64,000 nt of DNA from a virus. The stretch spans positions 72,267-136,266 of the IMG/VR virus record IMGVR_UViG_3300035698_012962; one strand, 5' to 3'. How positions within the stretch are numbered: the first letter of the stretch is position 1; every line of letters starts with the position of its first letter. Under the pieces are notes generated by a model. The model saw nothing but the letters and a program-made list of their open reading frames with translations, did not search any database and was not told the DNA's origin. Both the position numbers and the translations under genes were made by a program. Of the stretch, positions 57,023 through 64,000 are shown in pieces.

Positions 57023-60000
57023 CTCAACCCATACAACTCATACACCATCTGGTCTATATGTTTATCAATTCTATCTATCTCTGCTTTCAGGGCGTTAATC
57101 TCGGTTTTCTTTTTGTTGAAGTAGGTAAGCCACTCGGCTTCTTCTTCTAAGCTGAGTTTGACCTTCTTCTTTTTGAGCTCCGCCAAAAAGCCAACAGAGT
57201 CTAGACCCAACCAATTATCAAAACCATTTCCTTCTTCAAGTTGAAACTTAGAATTAAAAAATAACGCGGTAGTATTTGTCAAACCTTGTATCTCAATCAA
57301 TAGTCTTGGTAATTCGTAACAATTCGTGATGATTGATGCATAAGTGGCACTCCTATGGTCGTTCTCGAACGGGACTTTGACAATTGGTAAGTCCTTGATT
57401 TTTGATGTACTGAGCTGATTATAAAAACCATCATTAATGTACTTCTGGATCAGTGAACTGTTCAGCACAGCATTTGTGAACATTACATACTCGGCCTTTG
57501 AAGTACTTTCAGGTAGTTGGGAGAAGTATCCAGCGTTTGGTTTTGGGTAGATATAATTTTGTCCTCCTGCACCGCCACCTGATGAATAATGCTCACCCAG
57601 TGATAGAGTAAATCGGTCCATATTTTTTGTATTGACCAAAATTTTTGGTCCCTCAAACGGAATAGATTCTCTTTCATACAAAGGCAACCACCATTTTTTC
57701 CGTCTCATAATCTTTTGTACGGCACCAGCGGAGCTATACTTTGCCTTAATCTCATCTAGCGTAAAGTTCTCGAAGTCTTCCAAGGTTATTACCTCATCAT
57801 CACCGATTGTTGTAGAGCGGTTCAAAAGAATCGGTGCGAATTCCATTAGGTAATCTTTTATTATTCCTTGAAGCTTTTCAGAACCAACGTAGATTACATA
57901 AGTATCTGTCTCTTCAACAACCCATTTTTGCAAACTTTCTGTTTTGAGGTATTCTTTGATGTACTTTTGTTCTACGCCATTGATAGGAAGCCAATCGTTG
58001 TTGATTTTGAGCAAAACATCCGCACCTGAATGTTTAATATCAATCCCTTCTCTTAGGATGAAAATCCCACGACCAAGTTGATCTTCTTGCGCCAACCCTG
58101 CAACAATATGTTTTTTGGTTATTTTATCTGAGCCAGTCACTAGACCTTGCGAAACATCAAATAGGTCACCTAACGGTTTAATTGTGTCCGACAATTGCAG
58201 CTTTAGTTGGTAAAAATCCCAAGGTTTAACACCGCTTAAGTCTAACTCCCCTACATTAATTTTTCGAGGGTTTCTATTGATTATAAAGTCTAATTCAGTA
58301 AGCTTATTTTCACTAACAGAATAGAAATCAAATTGGTAATCAAGGGAGGCTTCCGTGACTTTCCTTTGAGTTAAAATTAAACTTGTTGTACCTGCATCTT
58401 CAAAAACTTTCGTTTCCAAAAAGTCAACGATTCCTTCAATTTTCGAATTAGACAAAACAGATTCTCGCACATTATTTGACCAATCTGCGTTAATGAACTC
58501 CCGTGGTACGATTAAACTCTGAAACCCCCCATCGGACATCAAATCAAGACCATGCTTGATGAAGAAATAATAGGTGTTTGACCGTCTACGATAAAAGTCA
58601 TTCCATTTAGGAATTCGCTTAAGGTCATCGAATATTTTCGTGTGACCCTTTTCTCCAACATAAGGAGGATTCCCAATCACCACATCAAAGCCGCCGTTTT
58701 CGAATACAGATGGAAATTCGGCTTCCCAATCGAAGGCTTTGTCACCGGCCACCTCGTAATCGTCGATCAGCGAGTTTCCGCACTTTATGTTATGGTTCAT
58801 CGAGGTGAGTTTTCTTCCGGGTTCAGCTGTTCTGAGCCAGAGGCTCAGCTTGGCGATCTCCACTGATTCTTCGTTTATATCTACCCCAAACAGGTTCCGA
58901 TCCAGTATCTGATTTTCTATATCTTGCAGCACCATCGACTCTCCCAGCAGCTTGGCCTGCAGTTCATCCACAGAGGTGTGCTCGGCAATCAAAAACTCCA
59001 GCGCCTGATTTAAAAAAGCCCCGCTCCCGCAAGCAGGATCGCAAATGGTAAGTCCCAGAAGCCACTCTCTGTATTTCTCTAGTTTGGCGAGTAGTTCTTT
59101 TTTGGTTTTCTTTTGACGGTTCGAGCGGTAGTCTTCGTCGTCAATATCCAGTGCGGCTTTCTGTTCCTCGCATAATTTCCCGACGGTATGCTCCACAATA
59201 TACTTAGTGATATACTTAGGCGTGTAAAACACACCATCTTTTTTACGGCGGGTTTTGGAGGTGTCCACCTCTTCCCCTTTCAGCTCCGCATTAATCTCTT
59301 CAATCTCGTTCAGCGAATGTTCAAAAATATGCCCCAATATATTTACATCTACTTCACTGTCAAAATCATATTCACTTAGCCTATCTGTATATTTGTATAG
59401 AACTTCATCCGAGATGCTAAGTTCATCCAGGAGTTCATCTTGTTGAAATAATCCCCCATTATATGCAAATACCTGATATTCTTTCCCTTTGTATCCCTTA
59501 TTTAAATAATCAAAGTTCTTTTTAAATCGTTCATACAAGGACACCTCAACATCGTATTCATCTCTTAACTCTGTCCATTCTCTAATGATTTTACGATTGA
59601 AGTTGGGGGGTATCAATCCACGATCCTCTGCAAAAAAGATGAATAGAAAGCGATCCAGCAATTTTTGTGTCTTTTGGAATAGGATGAGCTTATCGTGGTC
59701 TGGATTTCTTTCTATAAGGTCTTGATGCAACTCCATTCTAAAGTCTGAATAGTTTTTGTAAAGTTTCTTGGTGACCTGCTCCTCTTCAACGAGAGAAGAA
59801 TCTTTGATCCTTTTGGGTATATCCTTTTTGAAATTCGAATACTCCAAACAGAGCCATAATACTTTAAATCTATCTTTGGACAACTCGAATAAATCAAACT
59901 CTTCATAATCAACAGCTTTATCAATATAGAATCTCAACTTTTCGTAATTAGAAACGATCACATAGCTTGCAAACGATTGCTTACTTTGGTATCCAAAAGC

Positions 60001-60351
60001 TTGATTTACAATTTTGTCAAGATTTACAGTATTAGTTCCTTTTAATTCTATAACTGCTTTTACTTTTCCGTCGTCTAATAGAGTTCCGTCTGCTTTCCCT
60101 GAGTCCGTTTCATTTTTTTTTTCTGTGACCAAATTATGATTTGGGTCAGGATGCTGGGTATATCCTAAAACCTTCACAAACAAATCATTTAGAAACCTGC
60201 TTTGATATTTCTCCTCGTTTGCATCCCGTATTATTTGTTGTCGCTCCTTGTTATGAAAGAGCTTTTTAAATTCTTCCCAGGCTTTATCCACCTGTTTTTT
60301 TTCAATTCCCGAAACATATTTATTAAGTACCGATTTTTGGAATAGTGACAT
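57007..60351 (-). CDS. Type IIG restriction-modification enzyme (fused REase-MTase-TRD)
   Basis: KADG...IELKG nuclease motif, GVFYTP, CDPACGSGAFL, GVDIN, IGNPPY, IDQMVYELYGL; visibly more GC-rich than flanks. Confidence 0.92.
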   Translation of the reverse strand: MSLFQKSVLNKYVSGIEKKQVDKAWEEFKKLFHNKERQQIIRDANEEKYQSRFLNDLFVKVLGYTQHPDPNHNLVTEKKNETDSGKADGTLLDDGKVKAVIELKGTNTVNLDKIVNQAFGYQSKQSFASYVIVSNYEKLRFYIDKAVDYEEFDLFELSKDRFKVLWLCLEYSNFKKDIPKRIKDSSLVEEEQVTKKLYKNYSDFRMELHQDLIERNPDHDKLILFQKTQKLLDRFLFIFFAEDRGLIPPNFNRKIIREWTELRDEYDVEVSLYERFKKNFDYLNKGYKGKEYQVFAYNGGLFQQDELLDELSISDEVLYKYTDRLSEYDFDSEVDVNILGHIFEHSLNEIEEINAELKGEEVDTSKTRRKKDGVFYTPKYITKYIVEHTVGKLCEEQKAALDIDDEDYRSNRQKKTKKELLAKLEKYREWLLGLTICDPACGSGAFLNQALEFLIAEHTSVDELQAKLLGESMVLQDIENQILDRNLFGVDINEESVEIAKLSLWLRTAEPGRKLTSMNHNIKCGNSLIDDYEVAGDKAFDWEAEFPSVFENGGFDVVIGNPPYVGEKGHTKIFDDLKRIPKWNDFYRRRSNTYYFFIKHGLDLMSDGGFQSLIVPREFINADWSNNVRESVLSNSKIEGIVDFLETKVFEDAGTTSLILTQRKVTEASLDYQFDFYSVSENKLTELDFIINRNPRKINVGELDLSGVKPWDFYQLKLQLSDTIKPLGDLFDVSQGLVTGSDKITKKHIVAGLAQEDQLGRGIFILREGIDIKHSGADVLLKINNDWLPINGVEQKYIKEYLKTESLQKWVVEETDTYVIYVGSEKLQGIIKDYLMEFAPILLNRSTTIGDDEVITLEDFENFTLDEIKAKYSSAGAVQKIMRRKKWWLPLYERESIPFEGPKILVNTKNMDRFTLSLGEHYSSGGGAGGQNYIYPKPNAGYFSQLPESTSKAEYVMFTNAVLNSSLIQKYINDGFYNQLSTSKIKDLPIVKVPFENDHRSATYASIITNCYELPRLLIEIQGLTNTTALFFNSKFQLEEGNGFDNWLGLDSVGFLAELKKKKVKLSLEEEAEWLTYFNKKKTEINALKAEIDRIDKHIDQMVYELYGLSEQEN

Positions 60352-60827
60352 TCAGCAGTCTTGTTAAAAATTTGGGTTTCAATAAATTATATCTTCTGCA
60401 ATTTCATTCAGATCATCCTCTAGTATATTTTCATAGTTACCTAAGGTGTCTTTTTTCTCGTACCTAATCAAAGCTTCATTCAGACACTTTTTTAATTCTT
60501 CTTTGTTTGTAATTGTGATAATCATCTCATCTCCATTTTAGGTTAAAAGGTCGCACACTGGCAGGTAAGGTAAGTAGGCTTTATCTCTTATTATTCCTTT
60601 TAATACAGCTTTAAGTAACCAGTGTGCGGTTTTATTTTGGTTTATACTTATTATATAATTTTTGCGCAATCCAACGGAATGCTTTTAGCCTAATAGGTAA
60701 TGATTTTTCATTAGGATATTCTAGGTCAAATTCTATTACATCAATGGTTGCAATCATAGAGCCAATAGCACGGCTTATTTTAGTGCGTTCTTGTTCTTCC
60801 ATCTCATTCACTATTTAGGGGTTGTTT

Positions 60828-61266
60828 TCATAAATAATAAGACTGTCTTAGAAATTCACGCATCGCATCAACTACTTCTTTGTCATTTTCAATTAACTTG
60901 TCTTTCACAAATATATCTCCATTAGCACATAATTTTATTATTTCGGGTGTTCCGCCTGTGGAGAATACGATCTCGTTAGCTTCTTCTTTGGTTCCTAACG
61001 TTGATATATTCTCATTACTCATTAACTCTATTTTATTTTTCATTGTTTTATTTAGTTTTGGTTGTACCCTTTTCTGCTTGTAATTCCTTTCCTATATCAT
61101 CAAGTAAATAAATTATGTCCTTTGCCCATTTAATATCCGTTTGTATTCTTTGTACTTGAACATCAAAACCCAACCTTTTCGCTGTTTCAATATCGTGATA
61201 GCTTTTTTGTTTAATATCTCTATACTCTTCTTTTTTCTGTTCAATTAATTCTAATGCTTTTTTCAT
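60828..61266 (-). CDS. Two small hypothetical proteins (60828..61043, 61048..61266)
   Basis: Co-oriented ORFs coupled to paralogue 3. Confidence 0.6.
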
Positions 61267-61958
61267 AATGATTTAAGTGAATTTTCTAATTCCGATATCA
61301 TATCAATGTAGGTTTCATACTCTTTTATTTGTGCATCAGAATAATCATACTCTTTAGCTATGTATTCATAATGCATTTGCCAAAACTTAATGCTACGAAT
61401 TTCACATCCGATATGAATAACTCCAGTGCTATACCAATTTACATGGTGCCTTGTACCTGATATTTTGATGGAGTGATTTATTACCGAATTGGGTTCTATT
61501 TCTGCATTGGTTCCTATTTCGGCTCTGTCTCCTATTTCGGCTCTGTCTCCGATTTTGGAATTGTATCCTATTACGACACTGTCTCCGATTTTGGAATTGT
61601 ATCCTATTTCTGAATTGTCTCCTATTTCGGATCTGTCTCCTATTGTGGAACCGTATCCTATTGTGGAACCGTAGCCTATTTCGGCTCTGTCTCCTATTAC
61701 GACACTGTCTCCGATTTTGGAATTGTATCCTATTTCGGATCTGTCTCCTATTTCGGCACCATCCCCTATTTCGCTATAGGCTCCTATTTCTGAATCGTCT
61801 CCTATTGCGACACTGTTTCCTATTTTGGCGTTGGCTCCTATTACGACCCCATAATCTATTTTTATATTCCTTTTTTCAAACTCCTCTTTCAATTCAGATA
61901 AGTCATTGTATTTGAAAGAAGTCCATTCATCTTTAGTTTTCAGGTATAATGTTTTCAT
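61263..61958 (-). CDS. Hexapeptide-repeat protein, paralogue 3, with extra C-terminal domain
   Basis: IGxxxx repeats, then a ...IHIGCEIRSIKFW... domain absent from paralogues 1 and 2. Confidence 0.85.
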   Translation of the reverse strand: MKTLYLKTKDEWTSFKYNDLSELKEEFEKRNIKIDYGVVIGANAKIGNSVAIGDDSEIGAYSEIGDGAEIGDRSEIGYNSKIGDSVVIGDRAEIGYGSTIGYGSTIGDRSEIGDNSEIGYNSKIGDSVVIGYNSKIGDRAEIGDRAEIGTNAEIEPNSVINHSIKISGTRHHVNWYSTGVIHIGCEIRSIKFWQMHYEYIAKEYDYSDAQIKEYETYIDMISELENSLKSL

Positions 61959-62039
61959 AATTGTTTTATATAAGTGAATCTTTCTTTAAACAAAGAGAGT
62001 ATAGTTTTTGAAATTCTATTGTTTTAATTGTTATAAGAA

Positions 62040-62228
62040 GAAGCCGCCTGTCCAATTTCCAGTCTGGGATGCTTTGTTATTTTCCGCTCTCATGGCTCCG
62101 CATGCGCTTCTAAATAAACCACATCTCACAACAGGTAACGCACTTGGATTGTGCTATTGACTACAGAGTGATTACTGTTTTCTACCACATCGGGTATAAA
62201 CAACTACCTATTGTAAACAGGTGACTTC
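62040..62228 (-). ncRNA. Candidate ~189-nt rod-shaped structured RNA
   Basis: Ends pair (GAAGUCACCUGU/ACAGGCGGCUUC); nested internal helices; promoter TTGACA-N17-TATCAT at 62292-62264; boxA-like GTTCTTTAACA. Confidence 0.55.
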
Positions 62229-62372
62229 AATATGTTAAAGAACTTTTATTCTGCTTGTTATAGATGATACGAAATTTAATGGATAATGTCAAGTATTAAT
62301 ATTTAGGAAGTTGTTTAAATTCTTTGTCCGTGAGGACTCCAACTTTTTGATTCCAATAATATTCACCTATTG

Positions 62373-62558
62373 TTAATTCGGTTCATCCATTGTAAGCTCG
62401 TATTGATAAGTGATCCGAGTTGTTCCACAAGTTACTCTATATGTTCCACCCTTTCGTAATCTCTTTAGACCGCTACCAATTCCATGTCCTTCAAAAACTA
62501 CTCTATCTCCAGGTGTATGTTCTTTTAAGTAATCGGTGACACTATCATAAATTTTCAT
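62373..62558 (-). CDS. Small hypothetical early protein
   Basis: Start moved to MKIYDSV because a TTGACA-N17-TATATT promoter (62620) lies inside the longer ORF call. Confidence 0.6.
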   Translation of the reverse strand: MKIYDSVTDYLKEHTPGDRVVFEGHGIGSGLKRLRKGGTYRVTCGTTRITYQYELTMDEPN

Positions 62559-62809
62559 CTCTGTATGGGTTTGTTTTGTATTGACTACTATAATATAACA
62601 GTTATATGAATCAATGTCAATTATTATTTGCGTTAGTCTATCAAAAGGTTTTTTCATCAGAAAAATTGGTGCCGATATGTGAAAGGGTTAGACACGGAAA
62701 AATGAAAAAAGTTTTCCGAACATTTACGTGAAACCAGTCCCCCCCATGTATTACACGGTGTACGATTGAGTATAGGATAGTGTCTATGATTGTGTATACG
62801 ATTCCGCGG

Positions 62810-63066
62810 TGAGCAGAGGAAGTTGCGTGAGTGTGCTGAGCAGAGGAAGTTGCGTGAGTGTGCTGAGTGGAGAAGTGGAGAAGTGGAGAAGTGGAGAAGT
62901 GGAGAAGTGGAGAAGTGGAGAAGTGGAGAAGTGGAGTGAGTGTGCTGAGTGGAGAAGTTGCGTGAGTGTGCTGAGCAGAGGAAGTGGAGTGAGTGGAGTG
63001 AGTGTGCTGAGCAGATGAAGTTGCGTGAGTGTGCTGAGTGGAGTGAGTGGAGTAGGTTGGGAGTTG
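62810..63066. repeat. Purine-rich compound tandem repeat
   Basis: 27-mer tgagcagaggaagttgcgtgagtgtgc x2, gtggagaa x8 (62867-62930), then shuffled sub-units. Confidence 0.95.
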
Positions 63067-63285
63067 TTAGTGTTCTATACTGATTGTGTCTATATAGTGT
63101 TGTAGTGTGTCTACTCTGTCGGTAAGATACTTGTTTCTTTCTTGTAGTTGTCTTATGTGTTCTTCTTGTTGTGTTATAGTGTCTAGTAGTATTTGCTTGT
63201 CTGTCACTTTTGCTTTCTTTATTCTAGTGTCTAGATCTTTAGCAGAATTATTATTTGTGTTGTCCGAATTCTTTTTGGATTTCAT
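63067..63285 (-). CDS. Hypothetical coiled-coil protein
   Basis: 72 aa ORF ending at the repeat block. Confidence 0.5.
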   Translation of the reverse strand: MKSKKNSDNTNNNSAKDLDTRIKKAKVTDKQILLDTITQQEEHIRQLQERNKYLTDRVDTLQHYIDTISIEH

Positions 63286-63374
63286 TCTTAGTGGTTTAGT
63301 TCTATTGGAGACAGTGGCAGATATTTTTATACCCGAAGTCTTTTTGATGAGTCCAGAGAGGAGATCACCAGTCG

Positions 63375-63611
63375 CTATGCTTTGGGCGCATTAAAAATTT
63401 GGTTATCTCTTAATCTAATAAGTTCTCTAATCTTTTCAGCAGTTTCTTCCACTTCATCAGAGTAACTGCATATTATATCGCCATTTTCTTTTTTAAGTAC
63501 CATAGGTAAAGAATTAGCGTATAGTTCAAATAGTTTTTTGAATAACTGTTTTCTGTGAGGGTCATTTAAAATGGCCTCTCTTTGTTTTTTAAAATAAGTC
63601 TGGTTTTTCAT
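63375..63611 (-). CDS. Hypothetical protein
   Basis: 78 aa ORF just below an attC-like site. Confidence 0.6.
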   Translation of the reverse strand: MKNQTYFKKQREAILNDPHRKQLFKKLFELYANSLPMVLKKENGDIICSYSDEVEETAEKIRELIRLRDNQIFNAPKA

Positions 63612-63635
63612 TTTGTTGTTTATTTACCGAAAAAA

Positions 63636-63700
63636 CTAATGGTAACACTGTATAAAATCCATTGAAAAAACGGCTCTTATACCCATACGTTGTAGGCAAT
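63636..63700 (+). mobile_element. attC-like recombination site 1
   Basis: GGTAAC-act-GTATAAAATCCATT...AACGGCTCTTATAC-ccatac-GTTGTAGGC: imperfect inverted repeat bounded by AAC/GTT with asymmetric spacers. Confidence 0.6.
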
Positions 63701-63942
63701 TAGCCTAACTTTTTGCAAAAGAATATCTCCCATTCTTTACAGGAAGTATTGCAACCATCACAAGGTTGGTAGCTTTTATCATCAGCTAACTGTTCGCTTT
63801 GCCCTACAACATTAGGTATAGAGCAGTTTTTTACTCGCTCCTGTTCGCATTCATTCCACACCTTCAATAGTGCCTGTTGTACGCTTCTGCTATTTGGATA
63901 AGCAGTTTCAGCCTGTATCTCTTTTATTCTTTCAGTTGTCAT
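63700..63942 (-). CDS. Hypothetical protein reading through an attC-like arm
   Basis: 80 aa; VKNCSIPNVVG is encoded by the inverted-repeat arm at 63801-63834. Confidence 0.65.
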   Translation of the reverse strand: MTTERIKEIQAETAYPNSRSVQQALLKVWNECEQERVKNCSIPNVVGQSEQLADDKSYQPCDGCNTSCKEWEIFFCKKLG

Positions 63943-64000
63943 ATAATAAAGTTTAGTGTTTCAAATCCGTAAAAAACCGACTCCATACCCACGGGCGTTA
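63799..64000 (+). mobile_element. attC-like recombination site 2 with long loop
   Basis: CTACAAC-atta-GGTATAGAGcAGTTTTTTAC (to 63834) is an imperfect inverted repeat of GTAAAAAACCgaCTCCATACC-cacgggc-GTT (63969-63999). Confidence 0.6.

Noticed and set aside
55595-61958. Diversity-generating retroelement behind the paralogue variation
   Set aside because: No reverse transcriptase in the window, and variation is in module order rather than adenine-specific substitution
62809-63018. ORF with EVEKWRSG repeats
   Set aside because: It is a translation of the tandem DNA repeat; the 8-nt unit does not preserve frame
62810-63066. Possible CRISPR array
   Set aside because: Repeats are adjacent with no unique spacers, and no cas genes are present
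2315-63394. Plus-strand ORFs in the ORF track
   Set aside because: Almost all are antisense shadows of convincing minus-strand genes, with no recognisable motifs or plus-strand promoters
1-64000. tRNA or rRNA genes
   Set aside because: No cloverleaf or rRNA-like segment recognised by eye; tRNAscan-SE would be decisive

Overview
This is an AT-rich fragment of a large myovirus-like (probably jumbo) phage genome, and essentially all credible genes are on the minus strand. From left to right it contains: baseplate/virion genes and a gp55-like sigma factor (1-7.5 kb); lysis, metabolic and repair genes (lysozyme-like protein, peptide deformylase, ThyA, two RNA ligases, Thg1, DNA ligase, MnmA); a TonB-receptor/PnuC/NadR operon; three methyltransferase or R-M modules; and a long run of small accessory genes behind host-type TTGACA-N17-TAnnnT promoters. 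The most unusual signals are non-coding. (1) Integron attC-like sites at 63.6-64 kb define an 'inside-out' 308-bp cassette. (2) A conserved leader occurs 8 times, and a candidate ~70-nt sRNA is antisense to its 3' extension. (3) Nested direct repeats at 55.3-62 kb enclose three shuffled hexapeptide-repeat paralogues and an apparently captured Type IIG R-M gene. (4) A ~189-nt rod-like ncRNA candidate follows a boxA-like motif. (5) A purine-rich tandem-repeat block at 62.8-63.1 kb may mark a terminus or origin. No tRNA, rRNA or CRISPR array was recognised. All family calls come from motif recognition by eye, not database searches.
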